Shown here piece by piece: positions 50,058 through 60,206 of a stretch of DNA of 64,000 bases (position 1 is its first letter; each line of letters begins with the position of its first letter). Position numbers and translations under genes: made by a program. The stretch comes from a bacterium (GTDB lineage: Bacteria > JAHJDO01), in contig JBDRTG010000021.1 in NCBI GenBank assembly GCA_043824255.1, positions 9,377 through 73,376 on the forward strand, given 5' to 3'. The notes below the pieces were generated by a model. It saw only the letters and a program-made list of their open reading frames with translations. It did no database searches and was not told where the DNA came from.

Positions 50058-53000
50058 TAATTTTTAAACTTTTTGTGCATTTTTGTTTTATCCGTAAAAA
50101 GGTAAACTTTAACATCATTTGGAGGTATAGTAATCCCAAGAGGTTCCTGCTTTTTGTAAATTTTATCACTACCATACTCCACAGTGACTATATCTTCAGC
50201 TAATCCCTGATTTAAGACAGTTCCTGTCTTGGATTTACTTCTTTCATTGAAAACTAACAGTAATCTTTCCTTGCCTTTTGAGAGCACAACTACGTCATCC
50301 CTGCAAATACCACCTTTTACCTGGAAAGTATCAATCTTTTTACTTTTCAAAAAGAATTCTTCAAAGTTAGCCAGAATAGCACAGGCCTCAGAAATCTTCT
50401 CATAGGCGCGTCCCTCCAGGATAGACCATTGAAAAAGCATTACTCCTTTTGCGCCATCGGTTATCATACGCAGCAAGTTGGTTTTAAGACTCTTCCATCT
50501 TTCGCGGTCTCTTGAAAGTTTCCAATAACTAATGCCCCCGATAAATGGGACATCGGATAATGCTTTCAGTGTTTCTTGTGTATGAGGAGAGCGGCCATAA
50601 CCGGCCATTGCCACATCAATCCCGTTTTTCATATAATTCCAGTCAATGGAGTAGTGGTCTTTGTTTCGTTTGCTTTGATACGCACTATAGATATACATCT
50701 TTGCTTTTGGATTGGCTGCCTTTACTGCTTCCTGAGCCGCCTTTACTACCTCTGCCATTATCCATGATTGGAAGTCAATCCATTCATCACGATATTTCTC
50801 CTTTATTTCCTTCTCGGTTGGTACATTATTTAAGTGAGCAAACTCTGCAAATTTCTTAAGGCTGGATGAAGAGACATCCCCATTAAAGGGATTACGTTCT
50901 AGATCCCAGCAAAGACCAATAGGTTTAGTTTTTTTCATATATTCAATAATAAGATTCTGAAATTCCTCTCTCCCTTGATCAATTAAAAAGGCTGGAGAGA
51001 TAGGTAAAGTCTTACACTTTTTACCATCAAAACTTATTGACTTCATTTCCGGATATTTACCCGCAAGACGTCTGGTTCGATGCTGGAAAGGATATTCCGA
51101 GACAATATCAAATTTACTTTCGCTAAGAAGTTTAGACCATCTGTGCGCTCTCTCCATATAACTATTAAAACCGCTCTGATGCCAGGTCTTTAATAGCTCC
51201 TGAATTTCTGTTTCGCTATAGGTGCCGACACGAAATGAGTGCCAAAGTTGTATCTCCAGTTTCTTGGGTCTTTTATCTAAAAGAGGGGGGAGGCAATATA
51301 CAGGCATTCTGTTCCATACTTCAGTGATATTCCTGTTTTCTCCCTCTCCATGGAAGCGAAAATAGATATCGGACTTATTCAGAGAGGAATCTTTTGGTAA
51401 ATTTAAGACCAGACCAAATAAATGTGTCGATTTTATGCAGGGTACGCCTAATGGAGTCTCTTTTTTATTCGAGGGTTTCGTATTTTTAAAATGAAAAGTA
51501 TAAGAGTTGAAACTCTTTTTCTCTTTAATAGTTTTTCCTTTCTCAATGCTTTTAAGTTGACCAATGGTGGGATATATTTTCCTTCCGCTTGAATCAACTA
51601 TTTTAATATCCGAAGGGGTCTGGATAGTGAAACTTAAATTCTTCATTGGATAGTTCATCGGGCTGGCTACAAATAAGGGCAGGTGTTGAGCCGTTCCCTT
51701 AGCAAAGTATAATCCTTCTCCCACATTTGCCTTGAGTTTAGTATGCTCTATGAGAACTATTCGCCTTAAGAGGATATTTCTGGCTGAAGGGTCGGGAGCC
51801 CATATTGAGCCATCCTTCTGAATTATCGCGTAATCCCATTTTCTATCGTCAAAGTCGCTCTTCTGCCGGTCAGACCAGTCAGATTCTGTTATTGCTGAAA
51901 CCTTCCAGCAATTGTCAATCTTAATCTTTTCTCCTTGAGAGATATTTATCATACCCGCAACACCGCTGTCAGACATCTCTTTCTTCTTACATCTAAGAGA
52001 AAGAATATTAATGCCTTTCCTTAAGTAGAACTCCTTTCCTAGAACCGGAGTTTCATTTACCCTGAACTCTATTTCTCCGGGAAATTTGAAGCTGCAGGAA
52101 GCCTTTAAAACTACATCACTGCTGATAGCATATTCAGGACTTCGATAAAGCAGCATCCCTCTTTCTTTATCCAGGAGAGAGAAGGAAATTTTATAGGCGC
52201 CGGGCTGCTTAAGGATAATGGGAAGTTTATTGATTTGAGTACTCTGAGGAGTAATATTGCATAATTGAGAGAAAATAAGACCATTTTCCTTTTGATAAAC
52301 ATTCGCATTAAGTTTAAGGTTTAAGGAGGAGGTTTGTGGATTTTTAATCTGGAAACAAAGAGATTGTTTTCCCAATCCGAAAACTGTTTTGGGGAATTCC
52401 TGGGGAATAATCTGAATAGCTTTTGAGCAGAGAATTCCTGTGCCAAAATTATCCGGCTCATGAAATCCTGTCTTTACCGGCGACCAGGCACTATTCTCTC
52501 CTAAGGCTTTTTCTTCTCGGCATATATTAAAGCGGAACCTGTTTCCCATTTCGGGCTTGAGGTCTATTTCAGAAAGAGGGATGATTGCCTCACCGATCCA
52601 GGAATCTTTCCCTACAGAGGCTGCTACCTTCCATTTGCAATTCCAATTTTTATCCTTCTTAAAACTATCAGATTGTGTTGCCAGAGAATTAAAGTCAAGT
52701 TTGAAATATCCTTGCTTCTGGGAGGAGGAGATAAATATTTCCACGCAGTCATCTGTGAAGACCCTGCCATCTCTTTCTTTGACATTGGCTTTAAACTTGT
52801 GTTGTCTCTGATAGATAGGGTCAAGCACCTTCTCATAGCAGCGGATGGCAAGATAAAGGTTTTTATCATCATAGGTCAGATAGGCTATGGTCTTATTGGC
52901 AGGTAAATCTTTCCCCCCCATAAGAACAAATCCGCTAAGAACTGCTGCCTCTTGCCAGCAGGTATCATCAAGATTTCCATCAAGAACCGGAGCTGAATTA

Positions 53001-53623
53001 GTTTTAGGTATCCTTACTAAAGGGTGTTTGTCATCTTCTGATCCTTCAACGTGACCAAAATAGATATCATCATACCAGACGGTTTCCGAACTATAGTAGT
53101 CGCACAGATAGATATAGTTGATTCCTACAATCTCTTTGTCAAACGTATAAATCTTCTCTTTATACTCCCATTCCTCAGAAGAAGAGAAGTTGATAGCGGG
53201 ATATTTTCTGGAACCATCGGCAAGTTGGATAGCTAGCGCAATTGCATGCTTCGGATATTTGCCTTCCTGCCATTTGCCCTTAACATAATCTTTTACCTTG
53301 CTATAACCGGATAATTTGATTGGGGTGCCGGCAGGAATGGCAATCTTAAGCTTTGGACGATGCTGATGGAAGAGATATTTTTCCAGCGCATCCGGAGGAA
53401 CAGTAATCTTAACCGAATACTTACCATCCACCGCAGTAGTATCATCAATCTTCCCGGCATCACTTCTTGCTCGAGGAGAAAAATACCAGCCAACCGGCAA
53501 ACCGGTCTTCTCTGATATCTCATCAAAACTCCCGTTTATGATAAGATTCTCTGCCTGAGCTGAACTTAAATAACTACAAACAGCCAAAAAAACAACCAAC
53601 CCAACAAACATCTTCTTTCTCAT
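50057..53623 (-). CDS. Secreted multidomain protein: CBM4-like + CBM9/DOMON-like sugar-binding + putative glycoside hydrolase TIM barrel
   Basis: Signal peptide; ENLIINGSFD...VWYDDI (CBM4-like); APVLDGNLDDTCW...YDDKNLY..DDCVEIF..W..E..IP..FNICR (CBM9-like); C-terminal WDLE, YSAYQ, IDW, AGYG. Confidence 0.7.
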   Translation of the reverse strand: MRKKMFVGLVVFLAVCSYLSSAQAENLIINGSFDEISEKTGLPVGWYFSPRARSDAGKIDDTTAVDGKYSVKITVPPDALEKYLFHQHRPKLKIAIPAGTPIKLSGYSKVKDYVKGKWQEGKYPKHAIALAIQLADGSRKYPAINFSSSEEWEYKEKIYTFDKEIVGINYIYLCDYYSSETVWYDDIYFGHVEGSEDDKHPLVRIPKTNSAPVLDGNLDDTCWQEAAVLSGFVLMGGKDLPANKTIAYLTYDDKNLYLAIRCYEKVLDPIYQRQHKFKANVKERDGRVFTDDCVEIFISSSQKQGYFKLDFNSLATQSDSFKKDKNWNCKWKVAASVGKDSWIGEAIIPLSEIDLKPEMGNRFRFNICREEKALGENSAWSPVKTGFHEPDNFGTGILCSKAIQIIPQEFPKTVFGLGKQSLCFQIKNPQTSSLNLKLNANVYQKENGLIFSQLCNITPQSTQINKLPIILKQPGAYKISFSLLDKERGMLLYRSPEYAISSDVVLKASCSFKFPGEIEFRVNETPVLGKEFYLRKGINILSLRCKKKEMSDSGVAGMINISQGEKIKIDNCWKVSAITESDWSDRQKSDFDDRKWDYAIIQKDGSIWAPDPSARNILLRRIVLIEHTKLKANVGEGLYFAKGTAQHLPLFVASPMNYPMKNLSFTIQTPSDIKIVDSSGRKIYPTIGQLKSIEKGKTIKEKKSFNSYTFHFKNTKPSNKKETPLGVPCIKSTHLFGLVLNLPKDSSLNKSDIYFRFHGEGENRNITEVWNRMPVYCLPPLLDKRPKKLEIQLWHSFRVGTYSETEIQELLKTWHQSGFNSYMERAHRWSKLLSESKFDIVSEYPFQHRTRRLAGKYPEMKSISFDGKKCKTLPISPAFLIDQGREEFQNLIIEYMKKTKPIGLCWDLERNPFNGDVSSSSLKKFAEFAHLNNVPTEKEIKEKYRDEWIDFQSWIMAEVVKAAQEAVKAANPKAKMYIYSAYQSKRNKDHYSIDWNYMKNGIDVAMAGYGRSPHTQETLKALSDVPFIGGISYWKLSRDRERWKSLKTNLLRMITDGAKGVMLFQWSILEGRAYEKISEACAILANFEEFFLKSKKIDTFQVKGGICRDDVVVLSKGKERLLLVFNERSKSKTGTVLNQGLAEDIVTVEYGSDKIYKKQEPLGITIPPNDVKVYLFTDKTKMHKKFKN

Positions 53624-53644
53624 CTCACACCTCCATTTTATTTT
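52939..53644. repeat. ~700-bp near-identical duplication (second copy at 59528-60227)
   Basis: Long identical nucleotide runs covering the RBS, signal peptide and CBM4-like domain. Confidence 0.92.
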
Positions 53645-53646
53645 AA

Positions 53647-53669
53647 GTTACAGTTTAATTATTAAAAGT
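53647..53669. repeat. 23-bp direct repeat, copy 2
   Basis: Identical to copy 1; starts just after the stop codon of the PKD gene. Confidence 0.85.
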
Positions 53670-53670
53670 A

Positions 53671-56600
53671 TCAATTTAAAAACTTGAAATTACATATCTC
53701 CACATCCCCTCCATGAATACCAAGTTGGATTATTTCCTGTAGATGCTGGTTGAACTTCTCATAAAGGTCTTTTTCCAGGCTAAATATTGCTTCATGCCAG
53801 TTTCCGTCTTTGTATAGCGAGCCCAGATAAATATTTGCCGTATTCCCAACAACGCTGTCCGTACCTTCTCCTGTAATATATACAACCTCATAGAGATTGT
53901 CATTATGATCCCGGACATAGAACCTTATTCCAACTTCTCTATAACTTTTCAAAGTCAGTTTTGCGCTTTTTTTGCTAATATCTAAATAAGGCAGCCCGCT
54001 ATCCGGAAATAATGATAAAGAGTACCAGTTCTCAGATACTGAATAAATTTTCAGCACCTGTGTTTGGATGTCCTGATCAAAATAATTTGAAAACTCACCG
54101 TCACCGCTGTAAGGCGGAGTATCATAACTGTACCAATCAGAGGCAGCTAAAGAAACAATTATCTTCTGCGGATTTTCCCCATAAAGTGTTAAGTTGTCAA
54201 GCGAATAGCCTCCGCCAGCTATAGAAAAACAAAAAACCTTTTTAACATTTACGCCAAAACCTTTTTGTAAATCAGAATTAAGGTTTCTCATAATCGAATG
54301 CCACTTACTGTTAATAAGATCGCTTCCCAAATAATGGGTAATACGATTTCCATTTATTGTATATTCGCCATTATCAGTCTGGTAGCAGATCTCATAATTT
54401 GCATTGTCTTCTCCCTGAACAAAAAGGTATAGCCATGTCTTGTGTTCCGGTTTTATCATAAAAGAAAGGTACTTAGCATGTACATTTAAATGACCGGCAG
54501 CAGTTTCTGGGCCGGTAATGCCAAAACCAAAACCTTCAGACGAGTTAACCTTCATGACCTGGCTCTGCAAATCTGTATCATATATAGATTCGACCGTTCC
54601 GGTACCTTTATACGGGTGCCATCCATAATTTAGGGGCACATTCAGTTTTTCAAAGGGATTTTCACTTAATTCGACACTCTTCAGATAAAAATCTCTACCT
54701 CTTATGAGGACAAAGGCAACTTCTTTTAGGTGAACTCCATAACCAACATACAAATCCCTATCAAGGTCCCTGTACACATCAACCCATTTGCCAGACTTGT
54801 AATCCTCTCCAAGATAGTGATATACACACCTGCACCCGGGGATATCTGAAATGGCATAGTCGCCTGTTGCAGTCTGATAATCTATATAGTACCAGCCGTT
54901 ATCTGAGCCTTTTACGAGAAAATAAAAACCAAGGTGTCTGTTTGTTTTGAAACTAAAACGCACCCATTTGCTGTCAGGATAGCTTTCGAACTCGCTTCTT
55001 ATAAAAAACAAATTCCCGCTTTCAGTTGAGTAGACCTTTATGACCTCCTTCCCAATCTCGTGATCCATTACTTTAAGCATGGAACCGTTAGCACTTAAAA
55101 CTGTGTCCTTTCTAAGCCCCCACCCTAAAGTTGACGGTGGCGAGGAGCTGAATGTCAGGTTGTCCAGCCAATAGCCACCGCCGCGAATAAGGACAAGTCC
55201 GATATTTTTCAGGTGTTTACCTGTGGCTTTAAAAAGGTCATCCTCCAGGTCACGACTGATGGTGTTCCAATTCTGGTTCCCTTTATAAACAATCGGCAGA
55301 TTATAATAAATATATTGCCCATTTATAGTGTAGCCTGTTTCTTCCGAGAAACGATAAACTAAATATCGCCAGTCGTTGTCTTCATTACGCAATAGAACAT
55401 ATAATTGGACCTGGTTAGTTGATTTTATCGTATACGAAAGGTATCTTTTTTCAAGTTTTGCGTATGTTTCATCAGGATTATTGGTTAGTTTCTTTCGAAT
55501 GCCGAAGTTTGTACCCTCTGATGAGGTAATTTTTAAAACATTTCCTTTTAGAAAGTCATCGTATTCGACACTCAACTCGCCGTTCCCCGTATAGATCGAC
55601 CAGTTGTTTTCTTGAGGCAGACCGCTGTACTCAAAATCATCCACCCAATCCATCAAACTTTCTTCAAATGGTGTCCCCCATATTTGTACTTCAGTCAAAA
55701 AAGCTTTAGATGAAGGGTCACTATTTTTAAATGATAACTTGATACTTTTTGCAGAATTGTTTATAAGATCAAGATGGATGTTTTGTATTCCATCAATATC
55801 AAAGATACCTATCTCGCCCCAGGAAATACCGTCCTGGCTTATATAGCAGGTAACTGTTTCAAAATCATAGACAGGATCCTGCCATATTTCGATATTATTT
55901 AAAGCATATTTTTCTATGAGATTAAAGACGATTTCCGGATTCTTTCCCGCAGACCACATAACGCCTTCGTCCTCGACAAAACCGAAATTGCCGTCCGTCA
56001 GGTCGCCATGGGCATTTGAAATACCGCTTCCGCCCTCATTTCCATCCTGCCCCCTGAAATATATAGAAGTATCGCTCTTTCCGCATTCTTCACCAAACTC
56101 ATCAGGATCTACTGAGTAGGTGTAATAGCCACCAGTTAACATATCCTGATTAACGGCAATATCTTGGCATGTATTTCCATCTCCATACAACTTTTTTTTA
56201 AAACCACTATAAATATCAACATATTTCCTGGCAGTTACTTTATTCCCGTCATTATCAGTTACTGTCAGCCGTACCAGATATTTATTAGCCATAGTATATA
56301 AATGAGGTGGCGGCACCTCTTCAGCTGAATAAGAACAGTCGCCAAAGTCCCATTCCCAGCTAACAATAGTACCGTCAGGGTCACTTACCTCAGGCTGAAA
56401 ATTCATCTCTAAAGGCGTAACACCCCCGTCAGGAGTAAAAGAAAAGTCCGCAGACGGAAGTCCTGCTGCCTTCACCGTAATATATTCATAATCCGTTTTC
56501 TGATAGCCAAGAATGTCGGTTACAGTAAGTTGTGAAGTAAAGAGTCCGCTGGTTGTATAGGTAAAGGATGGAGCTTCCTCCGTCGAATCAACATTTCCGT

Positions 56601-59298
56601 CATTATTAAAATCCCACTCGTAAGAGGATACTGTGCCGCCACTGATATCAGCGGAGAAATTAATCGTTAAAGGCACTTCACCTTCTGTTGTTGACGCTAT
56701 TACTGAGCATGACGAAATTCTATCCGGGTCAGTTACGTTAATCTTTAATGTGGCAGTATCCGTTTTATTATCGTTATCAGTGACAGTTAAACTAACTGTA
56801 TAATTATTTATCGAAGTATATGTATATGATGGGTTTTGAATTGTGGTATCAATTGTGCCATCACTTGTAAAGTCCCATTCATATTTTATGATCGTCCCGT
56901 CATGATCCGCTCCGCTACCCTCAAACTGAACAGTTAAAGGGACAGTACCTGCTTTAGGTGTCGCCTTAATTGATGCTATAGGTGTTCCTTCAAGGACTTC
57001 TATGCCAATACAGATAAAGCTTTCTTTTTCCTCATCATTTGTGACTTTAACAAGTGCTTGATAAGCACCAGGGTCAGTGTAAGTCCAGCTGGCAGTTTCG
57101 CCTGTTGCGTCTATTGTTCCATCTCGATCAAAGTCCCATGCAATCGAAGTAATTTCTGCAACCGGGTCATATGCAACAACTTGGAAATCAACAGATAGGG
57201 GTGCTACACCTGAGACAGGATTCGCCTCAATGCTTTCAATAATCGGATAATGACCCAAATCCGTTGTTTCGGACATATAACGGCTGTTGCGTTTGAATTC
57301 TTTATCATTGGCTGTCAGGCAGTAATAATTTTGGAAAGGCACATCATACCAGATAATCCCGTCATTTGAATACTGATACTCTATTCTCGAAATACCATCA
57401 TTATCAAATGCATCACAGGTCAATGAGAGCTTATACTGCTTCTCAACCTGAAGGGGAACCGTATATGAGGAATACGACCCGAAGATATCTTTTGCCCTGG
57501 CACGCAGATATATGTAACCACCCGAAATACCAGGCGAATGAAAGTCAAATTTATGGTATCCTTTGCCTTCAATTTCCAGATTTGTACATTCCGGTACATC
57601 GTTAAAGGCCGTCCATCCCTTAACAGTATCAGAATCCTCTATATAGACATAGATGTTTTTCCCATCTGTTAACGGAGCAGAAGAAGAGACTTCAAGCTCA
57701 ACGACATTATTTTCCGTATCCAGATTGCCATTACCAGGCACAGAATACGACCCTGCTGAAACAAACGCCACCTCGTAAATATCCTGAAGAGAATTTTTTA
57801 TGTTCTCAGGAGTAGCTTTTATATATGCCGAACAATCCCATGGAGTAACATCATTTGGGGTCTGATAAATATGAATATTTGAGGAAATTCCGTTTTGCGC
57901 GCAAAGATTACGGAGCTTAAGCCGTACTTTATTCTCAGACGGCAAGATAACAATATCTTCGCACCTGATTAACAATTGGGTTGGAGGATTGTTGTCCCAG
58001 TAGGTGTTTGAATCTGCATGCATCACATCTCTTATATAGGCAAATGAACTGAACTCAGCGTCGTTTGATGGATGCGGCTCTGTATCTCCCCAGCGATTAT
58101 AAACATAGGCTGTGGTAACGCTGTGCGGAAAAGGAAGATCCGCAGGATCCCAAGGGGGCAGTGTGCCAAGATCATTAGCATAGCTTAAGGGCGTACAAGG
58201 ATTGTTTTTCTGGTAGATATGGACAAACCGTGCGACCCATCTTGAATATATAAAGAATTTTAAATATTTATTCACGCCATCTAATTCAACTACTTTTTCC
58301 AAAGCGTCCTGAAAAGAAGTCCCCGAATAACAAAATGATTCCTCATAGGGGCTACCTGGAGGACCGAAATAATCTTCCGGACCACTTTTCCAAGCGTAGG
58401 ATTCCAAAACAGCGGTACCCCATACTGTCGTCAACAAATTTTCAATAATTGGGCACCAGTTATACAGATAATGTTTCTCCCAGGTGCCTTGGTAATCTGG
58501 GTCCAGTCCGTTGCGATTTATTTGAGAGGTAACATCTTCTCCAACCCAGTCTATACAGTCTTTTACATACATCATCAGTTTGTCAGTATCCTCAACAGTG
58601 CATGCAACATGCAAGGAGCATGTAAAAATTATTTTAGGGAAGTTTTTATTTTTCCATTCATATAATTCGCGCATGGTATTGTGATATTTTTGCTTGAATT
58701 CACCGACAGTCAGATTTGGATCATAAACGACATCACCCTCATTTGTAAAAGGATGATAACTGTCATCGTCCCTAAAGGGGCCAAAAGGACCCCTGAATGA
58801 ATTGTCAAACCAACCAAATTCAGTGGTTAAGTCAATAATATAAATACCATGTTCATATAAAGACTGAATAAGGGGCTTGGCATAGTTCTCAAGCCATGAT
58901 TCACGGAATTGATCATACGTAAGGTTTTTCATTTTTGATGGATATTTATCACGAACAGTGTTGTGAACTCCAAAAATCCTGGCGATTGTTTGAATATTAT
59001 TATTGTATAAGAAATTCAGTCGCTGAGTTTCCCATAAAAAACCTTCCGGTTCCACCTTTTTTGTATGATCGACGTCCTGACCACATACCCATATCCACGG
59101 TATAAGATTTAAATATGCAAAGCCGATCTTCGCCTCTTTGTAGCGCTGTAGTGCCCTGGAGTTACCGAATTCTTCCCAACTTATTTCAAAACTTATCCGA
59201 GCTTTTTCAGCTGAATATACTTTATTAAAACGGCTATTTATTTCAAATAAGCTTATTATTAACAAAGAAAAGATTAAAAATCGATTTAATTTACACAT
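53671..59298 (-). CDS. 1875-aa secreted protein: putative GH-like N-terminal domain, 4 PKD domains, F5/8-type domain, 4 C-terminal beta-sandwich repeats
   Basis: Signal peptide; WDF.D/NG PKD motifs with V.LTVTD..G; discoidin-like DLTDG...SQDG.SW...EVQIWG; repeated W..I.R.L..DL...LDNL units. Confidence 0.75.
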   Translation of the reverse strand: MCKLNRFLIFSLLIISLFEINSRFNKVYSAEKARISFEISWEEFGNSRALQRYKEAKIGFAYLNLIPWIWVCGQDVDHTKKVEPEGFLWETQRLNFLYNNNIQTIARIFGVHNTVRDKYPSKMKNLTYDQFRESWLENYAKPLIQSLYEHGIYIIDLTTEFGWFDNSFRGPFGPFRDDDSYHPFTNEGDVVYDPNLTVGEFKQKYHNTMRELYEWKNKNFPKIIFTCSLHVACTVEDTDKLMMYVKDCIDWVGEDVTSQINRNGLDPDYQGTWEKHYLYNWCPIIENLLTTVWGTAVLESYAWKSGPEDYFGPPGSPYEESFCYSGTSFQDALEKVVELDGVNKYLKFFIYSRWVARFVHIYQKNNPCTPLSYANDLGTLPPWDPADLPFPHSVTTAYVYNRWGDTEPHPSNDAEFSSFAYIRDVMHADSNTYWDNNPPTQLLIRCEDIVILPSENKVRLKLRNLCAQNGISSNIHIYQTPNDVTPWDCSAYIKATPENIKNSLQDIYEVAFVSAGSYSVPGNGNLDTENNVVELEVSSSAPLTDGKNIYVYIEDSDTVKGWTAFNDVPECTNLEIEGKGYHKFDFHSPGISGGYIYLRARAKDIFGSYSSYTVPLQVEKQYKLSLTCDAFDNDGISRIEYQYSNDGIIWYDVPFQNYYCLTANDKEFKRNSRYMSETTDLGHYPIIESIEANPVSGVAPLSVDFQVVAYDPVAEITSIAWDFDRDGTIDATGETASWTYTDPGAYQALVKVTNDEEKESFICIGIEVLEGTPIASIKATPKAGTVPLTVQFEGSGADHDGTIIKYEWDFTSDGTIDTTIQNPSYTYTSINNYTVSLTVTDNDNKTDTATLKINVTDPDRISSCSVIASTTEGEVPLTINFSADISGGTVSSYEWDFNNDGNVDSTEEAPSFTYTTSGLFTSQLTVTDILGYQKTDYEYITVKAAGLPSADFSFTPDGGVTPLEMNFQPEVSDPDGTIVSWEWDFGDCSYSAEEVPPPHLYTMANKYLVRLTVTDNDGNKVTARKYVDIYSGFKKKLYGDGNTCQDIAVNQDMLTGGYYTYSVDPDEFGEECGKSDTSIYFRGQDGNEGGSGISNAHGDLTDGNFGFVEDEGVMWSAGKNPEIVFNLIEKYALNNIEIWQDPVYDFETVTCYISQDGISWGEIGIFDIDGIQNIHLDLINNSAKSIKLSFKNSDPSSKAFLTEVQIWGTPFEESLMDWVDDFEYSGLPQENNWSIYTGNGELSVEYDDFLKGNVLKITSSEGTNFGIRKKLTNNPDETYAKLEKRYLSYTIKSTNQVQLYVLLRNEDNDWRYLVYRFSEETGYTINGQYIYYNLPIVYKGNQNWNTISRDLEDDLFKATGKHLKNIGLVLIRGGGYWLDNLTFSSSPPSTLGWGLRKDTVLSANGSMLKVMDHEIGKEVIKVYSTESGNLFFIRSEFESYPDSKWVRFSFKTNRHLGFYFLVKGSDNGWYYIDYQTATGDYAISDIPGCRCVYHYLGEDYKSGKWVDVYRDLDRDLYVGYGVHLKEVAFVLIRGRDFYLKSVELSENPFEKLNVPLNYGWHPYKGTGTVESIYDTDLQSQVMKVNSSEGFGFGITGPETAAGHLNVHAKYLSFMIKPEHKTWLYLFVQGEDNANYEICYQTDNGEYTINGNRITHYLGSDLINSKWHSIMRNLNSDLQKGFGVNVKKVFCFSIAGGGYSLDNLTLYGENPQKIIVSLAASDWYSYDTPPYSGDGEFSNYFDQDIQTQVLKIYSVSENWYSLSLFPDSGLPYLDISKKSAKLTLKSYREVGIRFYVRDHNDNLYEVVYITGEGTDSVVGNTANIYLGSLYKDGNWHEAIFSLEKDLYEKFNQHLQEIIQLGIHGGDVEICNFKFLN

Positions 59299-59320
59299 AA
59301 ATATACCTCCAAAAAATTTG

Positions 59321-59386
59321 GTTATAGTTTAGTTATTAAAAGTTAATTTTTTAACTTTTTTTGCGTTTTTACTTTATATGTAAAAA
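59321..59386. repeat. 23-bp direct repeat copy 3 plus a copy of the 3' end of 50057..53623
   Basis: GTTATAGTTTAGTTATTAAAAGT (2 mismatches). Adjacent bases encode FTYKVKTQKKLKN*, compared with FTDKTKMHKKFKN* in the intact gene. Confidence 0.85.
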
Positions 59387-59477
59387 CGCTGCGACAATTC
59401 AAGCTCTCTGCCACCTCCTTTCCAGCTTGATTAATATTGTTATATAATGTCATAGCATAACTTCTTCAAATTTCATT

Positions 59478-60206
59478 TTATTTCCCATCACTAAGCTCTA
59501 CCCTCCCTAAAAGAATAAAACCAGTAGGAACTGCTGCCTCTTGCCAGCAGGTATCATTAAGATTTCCATCAAGAACCGGAGCTGAATTAGTTTTAGGTAT
59601 CCTTACTAAAGGGTGTTTGGCATCTTCTGCTCCTTTAACGTGACCAAAATAGATATCATCATACCAGACGGTTCCCGAACTATAGTAGTCGCACAGATAG
59701 ATATAGTTGATTCCTACAATCTCTTTGTCAAACGTATAAATCTTCTCTTTATACTCCCATTCCTCAGAAGAGGAGAAGTTGATAGCGGAATATTTTCTGG
59801 AACCATCGGCAAGTTGGATAGCTAGCGCAATTGCATGCTTCGGAGATTTACCTTTCTGCCATTTGCCCTTAACATAATTTTTTACCTTGCTATAACCGGA
59901 TAATTTGATTGGGGTGCCGGCGGGAATGACAATCTTAAGCTTTGGCCGACGCTGATGGAAGATATATTTCCCCAGCTCATCCGGAGGAACAGTAATCTTA
60001 ACCGAATACTTACCATCCACCGCAGTAGTATCGTCTACCTTACCATAGGTACTTGTTGGGGGATGAAATCCCCAGCCAACCGGCAAACCGGTCTTCTCTG
60101 ATATCTCATCAAAACTCCCGTTTATGATAAGATTCTCTGCCCAAGCCGGACTTAAATAACTGCAAACAGCCAAAACAACCAACCCCACAACTATACCCCT
60201 TTTCAT
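59478..60206 (-). CDS. Truncated duplicate of 50057..53623 (signal peptide + CBM4-like domain); possibly a pseudogene
   Basis: Near-identical to the N-terminal ~230 aa of the 1188-aa protein; stops early in the CBM9-like domain. Confidence 0.7.
   Translation of the reverse strand: MKRGIVVGLVVLAVCSYLSPAWAENLIINGSFDEISEKTGLPVGWGFHPPTSTYGKVDDTTAVDGKYSVKITVPPDELGKYIFHQRRPKLKIVIPAGTPIKLSGYSKVKNYVKGKWQKGKSPKHAIALAIQLADGSRKYSAINFSSSEEWEYKEKIYTFDKEIVGINYIYLCDYYSSGTVWYDDIYFGHVKGAEDAKHPLVRIPKTNSAPVLDGNLNDTCWQEAAVPTGFILLGRVELSDGK

Noticed and set aside
50035..59343. 23-bp repeats as a CRISPR array or integron attC sites
   Set aside because: They are kilobases apart, with no cas or intI gene and no RYYYAAC...GTTRRRY hairpin.
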